Shown here piece by piece: positions 1-11,100 of a stretch of DNA of 64,000 nt. The DNA comes from an uncultured Acidobacteriota bacterium (GTDB lineage Bacteria > Acidobacteriota > Thermoanaerobaculia > Multivoradales > UBA5704). The notes under the pieces were generated by a model. That model did not search any database. It worked only from the letters and a program-made list of their open reading frames with translations, and was not told where the DNA came from. The position numbers and the translations under genes are program-made. The stretch's first letter is position 1, and each line of letters begins with the position of its first letter. Location: NCBI GenBank assembly GCA_963770895.1, contig CAVYRF010000002.1, positions 800,001-864,000 on the forward strand, in the 5' to 3' direction.

Positions 1-1017
1 CCGGAAGATACGCTCCAGCTCCTCCTGCCGGCCGCGATGCGCCACCAGGACCATGCGCTCCTGCGACTCGGACAGCATCATCTCGTACGGGGTGAGGCCC
101 GCCTCCCGCAGCGGCACCTGGTCGAGGTCGAGCACCATGCCGGTGCCGCCGCGCCCCGCCATCTCGAACGTCGAGCTGGTCAGCCCGGCGGCCCCCATGT
201 CCTGGATGGCGACGATGGCGCCGCTGCGCATCGCTTCCAGGCAGGCCTCCAGCAGCACCTTTTCGGTGAACGGGTCGCCCACCTGGACCGTCGGCCGCTT
301 GCTTTCGCTGCCGGCGTCGAACGCTTCCGACGCCATGGTCGCGCCGTGGATGCCGTCGCGGCCGGTGCGGCTGCCGACGTAGAGGATCGGGTTGCCGGTG
401 CCGCTGGCTCGCGCGGTGAAGATCTGGTCCCGGCGGGCCACCCCCAGCGCGAAGGCGTTGACCAGGATGTTGCCGTCGTAGCAGCTGTGGAAGCCGGTTT
501 CGCCGCCCACCGTCGGGATGCCCATGCAGTTGCCGTAGCCGCCGACGCCGCGCACCACGCCGTCGATCAGCGACCGCATGCGCGGCGCGTCGATGGCGCC
601 GAAGCGCAAGGCGTCCAGGCAGGCGATCGGGCGCGCCCCCATGGTGAAGATGTCGCGCAGGATGCCGCCGACGCCGGTGGCGGCGCCCTGGTAGGGCTCG
701 ATGAAGCTGGGATGGTTGTGGCTCTCCATCTTGAAGACCGCGACCAGGCCGTAGCCGATGTCCACCACCCCGGCGTTCTCGCCGGGCCCCTGCAGCACGT
801 GCGGCCCCTCGCTGGGGAACTGGCGCAGGTAGATCTTCGAAGACTTGTAGGAGCAGTGCTCGGACCACAGGGCGGCGGTGATGCCCAGCTCGGTGTAGCC
901 AGGGTTGCGCCCCAAAAGGGACCGCAGACGCTCCAGCTCGTCGCCGGTGAGCCCCTTGGCGCGCGCCAGCTCTTCGGTCACCTGGGGGTCGCCCGCGGCG
1001 GTGTGGGTGCCGGACAT
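1..1017 (-). CDS. purL: Phosphoribosylformylglycinamidine synthase subunit PurL (5' part; runs off window)
   Basis: Manual minus-strand translation from ATG 1017: [54 protein letters not shown]; overlaps purQ stop (TGATG). Confidence 0.96.
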   Translation of the reverse strand, partial: MSGTHTAAGDPQVTEELARAKGLTGDELERLRSLLGRNPGYTELGITAALWSEHCSYKSSKIYLRQFPSEGPHVLQGPGENAGVVDIGYGLVAVFKMESHNHPSFIEPYQGAATGVGGILRDIFTMGARPIACLDALRFGAIDAPRMRSLIDGVVRGVGGYGNCMGIPTVGGETGFHSCYDGNILVNAFALGVARRDQIFTARASGTGNPILYVGSRTGRDGIHGATMASEAFDAGSESKRPTVQVGDPFTEKVLLEACLEAMRSGAIVAIQDMGAAGLTSSTFEMAGRGGTGMVLDLDQVPLREAGLTPYEMMLSESQERMVLVAHRGRQEELERIFR

Positions 1018-1772
1018 CACCGGGACGCCGCCGCCAGGGTGCGCGCCGCGCCGGAGCCGGCGGGCGGACCGGCGGCGCTCCTGCCCGCCAGCGCTTCGAC
1101 GGTGCCGGCCAGCAATCCAAGCCCATCGGTGTTGCCCAGGATCTCTTCGGCGCAGCGCTCGGGGTGGGGCATCATGCCCAGGACGTTGCCGGCGGGGCTG
1201 CACAGACCGGCGATGGCGCGCGCCGCGCCGTTGAAGTTCCAGGCCGGATCGACCTGGCCCGCCGGCGAGGCGTAGCGGAACACCACCAGGCGCTGCGCCT
1301 CCAGGGCATCGAGCCGGTCGGCCTGGTCTTCGTAGTTGCCCTCGGCATGCGCCACCGGGATGCGCAGCACCTGTCCGGCGGCAAAACGGTGCGTGAACGG
1401 CAGGTCGTTGCGCTCCACCCGCAGCCAGACGTCACGGCAGATGAAACGCTGGCTGGCGTTGTGACGCATCGCGCCCGGCAGCAGCCCGGCCTCCAGCAGC
1501 ACCTGGAAACCGTTGCAGATGCCGAGCACCAGGCCGCCGGCGTCGGCGTGGCGCTTGACCGCCGCCATCACCGGCGAAAGCGCCGCCAGGGCGCCGGCGC
1601 GCAGGTAGTCGCCGTAGGCGAAGCCGCCGGGCAGCACCACCAGGTCGCAGTCCTGCACCGATTCGTCCTGGTGCCAGAGGAAGACCGCTTCCTGCTGCAG
1701 CACGTGCTTGAAGACGTGGTAGACGTCGTGGTCGCAGTTGCTGCCGGGGAAGACGACGACCCCGCACTTCAT
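1017..1772 (-). CDS. purQ: FGAM synthase glutaminase subunit PurQ
   Basis: [40 protein letters not shown]; ATG 1772 overlaps purS stop (ATGA). Confidence 0.96.
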   Translation of the reverse strand: MKCGVVVFPGSNCDHDVYHVFKHVLQQEAVFLWHQDESVQDCDLVVLPGGFAYGDYLRAGALAALSPVMAAVKRHADAGGLVLGICNGFQVLLEAGLLPGAMRHNASQRFICRDVWLRVERNDLPFTHRFAAGQVLRIPVAHAEGNYEDQADRLDALEAQRLVVFRYASPAGQVDPAWNFNGAARAIAGLCSPAGNVLGMMPHPERCAEEILGNTDGLGLLAGTVEALAGRSAAGPPAGSGAARTLAAASR

Positions 1773-2035
1773 GAGCGGCCTCCATCTCCGTGTCCGTTGA
1801 GGATTTCCACCGTGAAATCTTCCACCACCGTATTGGCAAGCAGGCGCTGGCACATCTGCCGCACCTCCTGCTCGGCCCGTGCCGGGTCGTCGTGCTCCAG
1901 CTGGATTTCGAAGCTCTTGCCCGCGCGCACCGCCGCCACGCCCGCGAACCCGACGCGCGCCAGGGCGTCGCGGATGGCCTTGCCTTGGGGATCCAGGATC
2001 TCGCGCCGTGGATATACCGTCACTCGTGCGGTCAA
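1769..2035 (-). CDS. purS: FGAM synthase subunit PurS
   Basis: [26 protein letters not shown]; 88 aa; directly upstream of purQL. Confidence 0.95.
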   Translation of the reverse strand: MTARVTVYPRREILDPQGKAIRDALARVGFAGVAAVRAGKSFEIQLEHDDPARAEQEVRQMCQRLLANTVVEDFTVEILNGHGDGGRS

Positions 2036-2075
2036 CTTGCTGGTCCTTTCGTGAGCGCGCGGGGCGCGCGGCTCG

Positions 2076-3113
2076 CTAGTCCACCTGCAGCCAGGGCGTC
2101 GGATGGTCCTGGCAGGTCAGTTCGAGGGTGGCGCCCGAGCCCTCGCGCACCAGCACCTCTCCGAGGCTGGCCGCGGCCAGGGCGGGCAGGTTGTTGGTGC
2201 GCGACAGGTGATACGGCATCACCCATCGCAGGCGGTCGCACAGCAGCTCGGGCAACGATGCGGCAGCCTCGCGATTGGACAGGTGACCGTGACGCCCTGC
2301 CACCCGCTGCTTGAGCGGCCACGGATACGGTCCGTTGCGCAGCATATCGAGATCGTGGTTGGTTTCCATCACCAGGACGTCCAGGTCGCGCAGGCGCGCC
2401 CAGGCCAGGTGGCTGTGGGTGCCGCAATCGGCGACCAGGCCCAGGCGCCGGCCGGCGCCGTCCTGGATCACCATGCCGATCGGCTCGCGGGCATCGTGCG
2501 GCACCAGGAACGGCTCCACCTGGAAGCCCGCCACTTCCTGCGGCACACCGGAGCGCAGCAGGGTGGCGTCGGCCTCCGTGTCCTGGTGCAGGCGCACCTC
2601 GCGCAGCGTGCCGGCGGTCGCCCACACCGGCAGCCGGTGGCGGCGCGCGAAGCGTGCGGCGCCCCGGCAGTGGTCGATGTGCTCGTGGGTCAGCACCAGG
2701 GCCGCCAGGCTTCCCGGCTCCACCCCCACCAGCGCCAGGCGGCGCACCAGCTCGCGGTTCGAAAAGCCGGCGTCGATCAGGATGCGCTGCCGCCCCGACT
2801 CCACCACCATGGCATTGCCGCCGCTGCCCGAACCCAGCACCACCACTCGCAGCGGTGGCGCCGGCGGGCGGTCGCCGGCGTCGACAGGGAACGGTGACTG
2901 GAGCGCGGGGAACGCAGGGAACGGGGGGAGCGGCGACCGGAGCACCGCCCGCGCGGCGGCGGGGACGGCGGCCGCGGGCCTGTCACAGGGTGGGTCCCAC
3001 AGCTCGAAAAGGCTCCGCTGGGGCGCCGGCGCGCAGGCCGTGGCATCGCCCGGACGCGCCGCGTCCCGCGCCAAAAGGTCCAGTCTGGATGCAGGCTGGG
3101 AGGGATGAGCCAC
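2076..3113 (-). CDS. MBL-fold metallo-hydrolase (YycJ/WalJ-like); start uncertain
   Basis: LGSGSGGN, THEHIDH, VPHDA, ETNHD, GHLSN, HLSRTNN motifs. Confidence 0.85.
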   Translation of the reverse strand: MAHPSQPASRLDLLARDAARPGDATACAPAPQRSLFELWDPPCDRPAAAVPAAARAVLRSPLPPFPAFPALQSPFPVDAGDRPPAPPLRVVVLGSGSGGNAMVVESGRQRILIDAGFSNRELVRRLALVGVEPGSLAALVLTHEHIDHCRGAARFARRHRLPVWATAGTLREVRLHQDTEADATLLRSGVPQEVAGFQVEPFLVPHDAREPIGMVIQDGAGRRLGLVADCGTHSHLAWARLRDLDVLVMETNHDLDMLRNGPYPWPLKQRVAGRHGHLSNREAAASLPELLCDRLRWVMPYHLSRTNNLPALAAASLGEVLVREGSGATLELTCQDHPTPWLQVD

Positions 3114-3210
3114 CGCGCCACTAAGGTATCACCCCCCACACCCACCACCAAATATGGGGGGGCCGGCGATGCCGAGCGCTAGCAACAGGGGGCGCGCGGC
3201 AGGGAGCGCC

Positions 3211-3972
3211 CTAGAACCTGTACACCTTGCCCTGCTCCAGGAAGCCGACGTCGCCGTTGTGCAGCTGCTTGACTTCGGCGTGGATCCGCTCGACGCAGGG
3301 CGGCTTGAGGTGGTGCAGCAGCACCGGCACCTTGCGCTTGAGCTTGCGCAGCTCCACTTCCAGGGTGCGCGGCGTCAGGTGCAACGACACGTCCGCCACG
3401 TCCTGCAAGGCGTTGTCGAAGCTGGTCTCGATGAACAGCGCCTTGAGGTTGGGCGTCGCGTTGGCCAGCTCCCACAGGCGCGTCGTCGGGCCGGTGTCGC
3501 TCGACCACAGGACGGCGGCGCCATCCTGCTCGATGAGGAAGCCGAAGGTCGGCACCAGGTGGTCGACCGGAACCGGCGTGAAGCTGACGCCGTCGATGAC
3601 CAGCGGCCGCTCCGCCTCCAGGTCCTGAAAGCGCAGAGCCGGCAGCAGGTGATTGGGCAGGCGGGTGAAGTCGGGCCAGGTGTCGTTGTTGAACAGATAC
3701 TTGCGAATCGCATACAGGGTGGGCGCCGAGGCGTGGACGTCGATGGCGCCCGTGGTCTTGCCGTAGACGTTCTCGATAAAGAAGGGCAGGCAGTTGGTGT
3801 GGTCGATGTGGGAGTGGCTGAGCACGATCGAATGCAGGTCGACCTGGCGCTCGATCGGCAGCGTCTGGGTGAGCGAGCCGGCGTCGAGCGCAATGCGGTC
3901 GTTGATCAGGAGGCACGTCATCCGGCACTCCGGGCTTTCGCCGCCATACCCCCCTAGCACCTCGATCCGCAT
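3211..3972 (-). CDS. 3',5'-cyclic-nucleotide phosphodiesterase class II-like (MBL fold)
   Basis: From ATG 3972: MRIEVLGGYGG, ALDAGS, SHSHIDH, IFNN-like LFNNDTWPDF, SSDTGPT, HLTP, HHLKP. Confidence 0.8.
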   Translation of the reverse strand: MRIEVLGGYGGESPECRMTCLLINDRIALDAGSLTQTLPIERQVDLHSIVLSHSHIDHTNCLPFFIENVYGKTTGAIDVHASAPTLYAIRKYLFNNDTWPDFTRLPNHLLPALRFQDLEAERPLVIDGVSFTPVPVDHLVPTFGFLIEQDGAAVLWSSDTGPTTRLWELANATPNLKALFIETSFDNALQDVADVSLHLTPRTLEVELRKLKRKVPVLLHHLKPPCVERIHAEVKQLHNGDVGFLEQGKVYRF

Positions 3973-4018
3973 ATATTGACGACATCGTATCTCTCTTGCC
4001 GCTGGACAGACAAGGAAG

Positions 4019-4111
4019 CCTGGGCCGGGCGGGCCAGAGGCCCCGGACGCAGCCTGGGCCGGGTTCGCATGGCGGAACCTGGGCCGGCCCCGCTCAGCGA
4101 ACCTGGGCCGG
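4019..4111. repeat. Four direct copies of CCTGGGCCGG
   Basis: Copies start at 4019, 4053, 4078 and 4102, upstream of the PDE gene. Confidence 0.7.
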
Positions 4112-4680
4112 GTTCCCTGGTGACCTCCGGGCTCGCCGCCGCCGCGCCAGGTCGCCCGCGCCGCCACCGGCCCGCGGCGCACCACGCACAGCGCACCATG
4201 TGTCGCGCACATGCGCCGCAACCCGGCGGTACGGTTCGCCGTACCTGACGTCGTGCGACGGCGTATTGGCGGCGGCGGCAAGGAACCGGAGCGGCTGGCG
4301 TCGCGGCGCTTGCGCACCGCCTCAACTCCCATCATCGCTCGCCGGATACCGCTGCAACCGCCGCCGGCGGGCGCCGCGCCGCGGATCGACGGCGGTGAAT
4401 TGGTGAATATTAAAAGCTGCGCGAGCCTGTGTGGCGGCTGCTGGATGAATATGCCATCATGCCGTCAACCGGTCGATCCGCGCTTGGCTTAGGGGCTTTT
4501 TAAAGCTTTTCGCATCGGCGCCAGAGGCCGGTTCGGCGGCGCGTCGCGCCGGCGGTTGCACAACGTGGAACGGAGAGCCGCTGGCGATTGTCGCCAGTCG
4601 CATCATCCGCCGCCGACGATCGTGCGTATTAAGTCGACCGGGTTGCGGAGCATGCGCGGCATACGAAGGGGGACGATGGC

Positions 4681-5046
4681 ATGGCGACCATCAAAGCCAG
4701 TTTGGACACACTGATGGAGCTCGACGGCGCGATCGGGGCCTGCGTCGTCGACAGCAACAGCGGCATGGTGCTGGCACAGACCGGCGGCGGCCCGTCGCTC
4801 AACCTGGAGATCGCCGCGGCCGGCAACACCGAAGTCGTGCGCGCCAAGCGCAAGACCATGAAGAACCTGGACCTGAAGGACAGCATCGAAGACATCCTGA
4901 TCACCCTCAGCCGCCAGTACCACCTCATCCGCCTGCTGTCGACCAACGACGCGCTGTTCATCTACATGGTGCTCGACAAGGCAAAATCCAACCTGGCCAT
5001 GGCGCGCATCGCGCTCGCCGGCTGCGACAAGGACATGGTCATCTAA
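4681..5046 (+). CDS. Roadblock/LC7-like small protein
   Basis: 121 aa; DGAIGACVVDSNSGMVL...IEDILITLSRQYHLIR...NLAMAR; strong codon bias. Confidence 0.8.
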   Translation: MATIKASLDTLMELDGAIGACVVDSNSGMVLAQTGGGPSLNLEIAAAGNTEVVRAKRKTMKNLDLKDSIEDILITLSRQYHLIRLLSTNDALFIYMVLDKAKSNLAMARIALAGCDKDMVI

Positions 5047-5094
5047 AACTTAATCGCCGGCGCTTTAGCCCGGAACAAGAAAGGGACCCATCGG

Positions 5095-5463
5095 ATGGCA
5101 TCAGAAAAGCAGATCGTCGAAGTGATCGAAAAGATTGCTGCTGACATGAACGGATTTATCGCCGCTTCGCTGGTGGACATGGAGTCGGGCTTGACGCTGG
5201 GCGCCAAAAGCAACCGGTCCGAGTTCGACCTCAACGTGGCCAGCGCCTACAACAGCGAGCTGGTCAAGCAGAAGCTCAAGATCATGAAGGCGCTCAACCT
5301 CAAGTCGACGCTGGAAGACATCCTGCTGACGCTGTCCGACCAGATCCACATCATCAAGATTATTTCCCCCAATGTCTTTCTGTACCTGGCGGCGGATCGG
5401 GAGAACACCAACCTGGCAATTGTGCGCTCAGCCATCCTGAAGCACGTCGCCGCCCTGCGGTAG
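5095..5463 (+). CDS. Roadblock/LC7-like small protein (paralog)
   Basis: 122 aa; GFIAASLVDMESGLTL...LEDILLTLSDQIHII...NLAIVR; visibly homologous to the preceding ORF. Confidence 0.8.
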   Translation: MASEKQIVEVIEKIAADMNGFIAASLVDMESGLTLGAKSNRSEFDLNVASAYNSELVKQKLKIMKALNLKSTLEDILLTLSDQIHIIKIISPNVFLYLAADRENTNLAIVRSAILKHVAALR

Positions 5464-5486
5464 GCAAGGGGGAGGGCGGTAGCAGA

Positions 5487-6311
5487 GTGGTCAAAGGACA
5501 TCTCGAAAACGTCGGCCTGGCGGCCTTCACCCAGCTCCTGGCGGCTGAGAGGGAAACCTGCACGCTGACCGTGCAGGCGGTGGATCGCGCCGGTACGATG
5601 CGTTTTCTGCGCGGCGAGCTGATCGACGCGCAGGCCGGCAGCCAGCGGGGCGAAGAGGCGGCCATCGAGATCTTCGGTTGGGGCATCGCCAACGTCGACA
5701 TGGGCAGCCTGTGGCACCAGGCCCGGCGCACCATCACCTCGTCGCTCACCTACCTGCTCATCGAAGCGATGCGCCGGCGCGACGAAGAGATCCGCGACGA
5801 TCCCGACGCCGGCGCTCCCCACCCGATCCCCGCGATCGCAGCGAGCGGTGCCCGCGGCGCCGGCGCCTCGGGCACCGGACAGCACCCGACCGTCGGCGGC
5901 CATCCGGCACAGGACCTGGTCGCCGCGTTGGCGCGCAGCATCGAAGGCTTCATCGCCGCCTTCGCGGTGGACGTCGCCACAGGCCTGGCGGTTGCCACGC
6001 AGGGCAACCGCGCCGCCCTCGACCTGGAGCTGGCCAGCTCCGGCAGCCGCGACAGCCTGCACCACGCGACGGACCTGCTCGGCGCACTGCAGGTCGGCTC
6101 CAGCCTGGAAGAGCTGGCCTTCACCTTGAGCGACCAGCTGCACATCATCAAGCCTTCCGGCAGCGGCATCTTTGTGTACCTGGTCGTGGATCGCGAGCGC
6201 ACCAGCTATCCGCAGGCGAAGGCGACGCTGCAGCAGCTGTGGCCGGCTTTCGAGGCCGACGTGGCACGCTCCACGCCGTTGCCGGAAACCTCGCGCGCCG
6301 CGCGAGCGTAG
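5487..6311 (+). CDS. DUF4388(PATAN-like) domain fused to a roadblock-like domain
   Basis: N-terminal KGHLENVGLAAFTQLL...FLRGELIDA...LLIEAMRRRDE; C-terminal GFIAAFAVDVATGL...LEELAFTLSDQLHII. Confidence 0.75.
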   Translation: MVKGHLENVGLAAFTQLLAAERETCTLTVQAVDRAGTMRFLRGELIDAQAGSQRGEEAAIEIFGWGIANVDMGSLWHQARRTITSSLTYLLIEAMRRRDEEIRDDPDAGAPHPIPAIAASGARGAGASGTGQHPTVGGHPAQDLVAALARSIEGFIAAFAVDVATGLAVATQGNRAALDLELASSGSRDSLHHATDLLGALQVGSSLEELAFTLSDQLHIIKPSGSGIFVYLVVDRERTSYPQAKATLQQLWPAFEADVARSTPLPETSRAARA

Positions 6312-6430
6312 CTGCAGGAAGAGACGTCGCGCGCGGCCGGCCTCCGCCGGACCGGTGTCGCCGCGCCACCGCGCCATCGCGCCACCCCACCGACACCGCC
6401 ATCGCCGGGCGCGCAACAGGGAGCCACCGC

Positions 6431-8034
6431 ATGGAAAGTCTTTTCCGAGACCTGCGCCTGGGGGGTCCGCACGCTGCTGCGGAGTCCTGCCACCAGCGGC
6501 GTGATCGTGCTCACCCTGGCGCTCGGCATCGGCGCCAACAGCGCGATCTTCAGCGTCGTCAACGGCGTGCTGCTCAGGCCGCTGCCGTTCCCCCATCCCG
6601 AGCAGCTGGCGGCGGTGATCGACAGCGCGCCCAAGCTCGGCTATCCGCGCTTCTCCAGCTCGCCGCCCAATTTTCGCGACTGGCGCGAGCAGAACCGGGT
6701 GTTCAGCAGCCTGGATGCGACCAGCGTCGACCGCTACTCCCTGACCGCGCCCGGCGTCGCCCCCGAAGTGATCGCCGGCGCGGCGGTCACCGGCGACTTC
6801 TTCCGTACCATGGGAGTGCGCCCGCTGGCCGGCCGCCTGCTGCAACCCGGCGACGACCGGCCGGGAGGCGAGCGGGTCGCCGTCCTGTCGAGCGGCCTGT
6901 GCCGGCGGCGCTTCGGCGGCGACAGCGCGGCGCTCGGCCGCCGCATCGTGCCTCGTCGCCCTCAATCCGGACGCGATCCCGCGCAGCGAGCAGATCGGCC
7001 TGGATGCGCGCGTGCTCGCCTACACGTTCGCCGTGTCGCTGGGCCTGGGGATCCTGGTGGGTCTGCTGCCGGCGCTGTCGGTATCCGGCGGGCGCGGCGG
7101 GCGCCTGGTTGGCGCGATCAAGGAGGGCGGGCGCGCGGTGGCGGGCGGCCGCCGCGGGCGCCTGGCCCGCAACGGCCTGGTGCTGGCCGAAGTGGCGCTG
7201 GCGCTGATTCTACTGATGGGCGCCAGCCTCCTGTTGCGCAGTTTTGCCCGCTTGCAGTCCGTCGATCCCGGCTTCGCGGCGGATGGCCTGCTGACCGCCC
7301 TGGTCAACGTCCCCGAGGCACGATACCCGACCGATGCGCAGCAGGCAGGTTTTTTCCGCGACGCCCTGGAGCGCATCCGCGCCCTGCCTGGCGTGCAGCG
7401 CGCAACCTCGGTGTTTCCGCTGCCGCTCGGCGGCAGGTTTGTCCTCTCCTTCGACGTCGCCGGGCGGCCGGCGCCGCGGCCGGGTGAGAGCCTGGACGCC
7501 AACGTCAAGATCGTCAGCCCCGACTACTTCCGCACCATGGGCATCCCAAGCGTCCGGGGGCGAGTCATCGCCGAGCGGGACGACGCCCACAGCGAGCGCG
7601 TGCTGGTCATCAACCGCGCCATGGCGGCCAAGTTCTGGCCGCGCCAGGATCCGCTCGGCCAGCGCATCACCTTTGACAACCCGGCCAGGAGCAACGCGCA
7701 CTGGCTCACCATCGTCGGCGTGGTGGGCGACACGCGCACCGCCAAGCTCAGCCAGGAGCCCGAATCCGAGTGCTACTGGCCGGAGGCGCAAAACCCGGCC
7801 AACAGCGCGACGCTCGTCCTGCGCACCACCGGCGATCCGCGGCGCCTGGTCGAGCCCCTGCGGCGCGCGATCGCGGGGCTGGACGCCGACATCCCGCTCG
7901 ATCACGTGAGCACCGACCCGTGGACCTGGGTCGGCGTGCCGCTGCTGCTGGCGCTGGTCGGGCTGGTCGCCAATTGGCTGCCGGCGCGGCGCGCCTCGCT
8001 GGTCGATCCGCTGGAGGCGCTGCGCAACGAATGA
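6431..8034 (+). pseudogene. Disrupted ADOP-type (MacB/FtsX) ABC permease
   Basis: MESLFRDLRL start, then a frameshift in a G run near 6450; TLALGIGANSAIFSVV; frame change and deletion near 6950; deletion near 7915; C-terminal PARRASLVDPLEALRNE. Confidence 0.8.
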
Positions 8035-8042
8035 GCGGCGGG

Positions 8043-8078
8043 CTCCCCGCTCGCCGTACCAAAGGGGCGAGCGGGGAG
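8043..8078. terminator. GC-rich hairpin between convergent genes
   Basis: CTCCCCGCTCGCC / GGCGAGCGGGGAG 13-bp stem; no U-tract. Confidence 0.5.
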
Positions 8079-8132
8079 GGCGCCGTGAGGCTCGTCGAGC
8101 GACGTCAGGCGCCGAACGTCAGGCGCAAGGCG

Positions 8133-11100
8133 TCAGAAGCGGGTGCCGATCCAGAAGTCGGTGGCCAGGCTCTGGGTGGTCTTGATCGTGGTGACCTTGG
8201 CCAGGTCCAGGTTGAGGTCCAGACCGAGCAGGTTGACGGTGAAACCGCCGCCGTACGAAGCGATGCCGTCGATCAGAGCGTGTTGCTTCTCCGAGTAGAA
8301 CTGGAAGCTTTCGACCTGGTGGAACCAGGCGCCGCCGGTGTCGATGAAGAGATTGCCGCGGATGCTGCGGAAGCCCAGGACCGGGGTGTTCAGGACGTCG
8401 ATCAGCGGGAACCTGAACTCGGCGTTGGCGAAGAACGCGCGGTCGCCGATCAGCGACCGGAAGTCGACGCCGCGGATGGTGTCCAGGCCGCCGATGAAGA
8501 ACGGCGTCGGCCGGCTGCCGTCGGCCAGGCCGCCCCAGACGCGGAAGGCGAAGTTGCTGCGCTGGGTCAGTTGGAAGTACTTGCGCGCGTCGACCTGGAC
8601 GTTCGAATAGAGCGTCGAGCCGCCGCCGTTGACGCCTGGCGCGTACAGCGCATCCAGGCGATAGCGTGCGCCGGTGAACGGACCGTAGCCGGCATCCAGG
8701 CTGGAGTCGCCGACCAGGGCCGCGGTCACCACCGGGAAGTTGTCGTCCGAAGGCGTGATGACCGGCGCCGAGGCGCCGGTGGGCAGCGACAGGACTTCCG
8801 TATAGTTGATGCGACGGATCATGTAGCCCAAGCCAAGCTCGAAGCGGTGATAGAACGAGATCGGCAGCGTCAGGTTGCCGATCACCCCAGTCTCCTCGAA
8901 GACCTGGGCGCCGCGCACCACCTGCAGGCTCGAATTCAGGTTGTAGCCGATGTAGTACTCGCGCAGGTCGAAGGCCCGCACCGACCATTGGATCCGGTTG
9001 GCAAGATCGGCGTAGATCAGGTTGAAGTTGGAGTAGGTCTCGATGGCCGAGAAGTCGGCGATGATGCGGTGGTCGCCCAGCTGGTCGGAGAAGGTGAGCA
9101 GGATGCGCCCGGTATAGGTGTTCTGGGTGTCGATGCCGGCGTAGGCCGCGGCGTCTTCCAGGAAGAACTTGTAGCCGCCGTAGTTGCCCATGTTGGCCCG
9201 GTCGATGGTCACCTGGATGTCGGGCTCGAACGGCGCCAGGTCGGGCTCGCCGGCGGAAGGCGCGGTCGGACCGCCGGCGGTGGTCGCCGCCGCGGCAGCT
9301 TCGGCGGCGGTGGTCGCCGCGGCGGTGGCGGGTGCAGCCACCGACGGCGTGCCGGGAGCCGCGGCGGTGCCGGGAGCCGGCGCCGCGGTGCCGGTTTCCG
9401 GTGCTGCCGCGGCGGCCGAGGGCGGCGTGGCGGGCGGTCCACCTGCCGCCACGGCCGCGGCGGCGTTGGCAGCGGAGGAGGATGCCGCGGCGGCGGTGGC
9501 GCTGGCGGCCGTGGTGGCGGCGACGTTGCCGGTGGCGGCAGCGGCGGCGGTGGACCCCGGCACCGTCATGTCGACGACGACGCCGCCGGGCAACGACGGA
9601 CCGGCATGGGCGAACTTGGCGAAGGGCTCGCTGGTCCCCGTCTCGTACAGATCGAAGACGGTCCGCCAGTAGCCGGTGTAGACCAGGCGCTCTTCGCCCT
9701 CCCGCTCCTTGAGCGGCGTCGGCATGAACGCGCCGCTGACGACGTTGGTGTACTGGCGCAGCTCGCCGCTTGCCAGCTCGATGCTGTAGATGTTTTCGCG
9801 CCCGCCGCGATCGGAGGTGAAGTACACGCGCTTGCCGTCGGGCGAATAGATCGGATCGTTTTCGTTGGTGTCGCCGCTGGTGACCGGGATGCGCACCCCG
9901 GGCTTGTCCAGATCGATGCGGAACAGCTTGGCGTGCGAGCCGGCGCCGACGACAGACACGAGGATGATCGACTTGCCGTCGGGTGCGAACGACGGCGCGC
10001 CGTCGAAGATCGTGTCGTCCGTCAACCGGGTGATGGTGGTCGAATCGAGGTCCAGGACGAAGATGTCGAACTTGCCGTCCTTGGTGCCCGAGAACGCCAC
10101 CTTCTTGCCGTCGGGGCTGAAGGCGGGCGCGTTCTCCTGCTCGATCTCGTCCATGTCGATGATGCGGCGGATGCCGCCGTTGACCGCATCCAGGATCAGC
10201 AGGCTGCGGCCGCGTTCGCGCTTGGCAAAGACCGCGATGGAATTGCCATCGGGAGAGAAGGACAGGTCGCGCCCCAGGCGCCGGCCGGTTTCCAGCTCTT
10301 GCGCGATCAGGTACTGGTACTTGCTGGACCAGGGCTTGGTGAGGTTGCGGATCAGGCGCCGCTTGCGGGCGTCGAGCAGCACCACGTCCACCTTGCCGCG
10401 GTAGGCGCTGAAGGAAGCGACCAGGTCGCCCGACGGCGAAGCGACCGGCGAGGTCTCATAGGTGCCGCGGTCTTCCTGCACCCGGAAGATGCGGCCAAAA
10501 TCGCTCGGTTCGCCGGTGGCGATCAGCGATGGCAGGTACTTCTTGCGCAACCATCGTCGGAACTCGGTGTCGAACTCCTCGGCGTCCATCTTGAACGCGC
10601 GTTTGACCGCGCGGTCGACGCGCGAGCCGATGGTGTTGCGCATCTCGAACAGGAAGTCCAGGAAGCCTTCATGCCCCCAGCGGTCTTCGATGAACGCGAA
10701 CACCGCGTGGCCGAAGCGGTAGGCGAAAAACCCGCCGATGTCGACGCGGGTGATCGGGGGAATGATGTCGTTGACCACGGCATCGCGCAGGTACATCGTG
10801 TCGCGCACCTTTTCGTCGCGCCCGACGTAGCTGGCCATGCCCTCGATGAACCAGGTCGGCAGGTTGCTGGACAGGGCCCTGGTCATGCTGCCCTGAAAGA
10901 GGATGTGGTACTGGAAGATGTGGGTCAGCTCGTGGCGGATCAACGCCACCAGCTCGCCGTCGGGATCGTCGATCGGCAGCACCATGCGGAAACGGATCGG
11001 GCTGGCAAAGGCGCCGATGCCTTCGGGGATGAAATCAAGGATGACGTTGTTCTGCTCGAACGCCGAATGGGTGGCGAAGAAGATGAGCGGCGTCGGCTCC

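Noticed and set aside
37-1275. 412-aa plus-strand ORF
   Set aside because: Antisense to purL/purQ.
4019-4111. CRISPR array
   Set aside because: Repeats are only 10 bp with irregular 14-24 bp gaps, and there are no cas genes.
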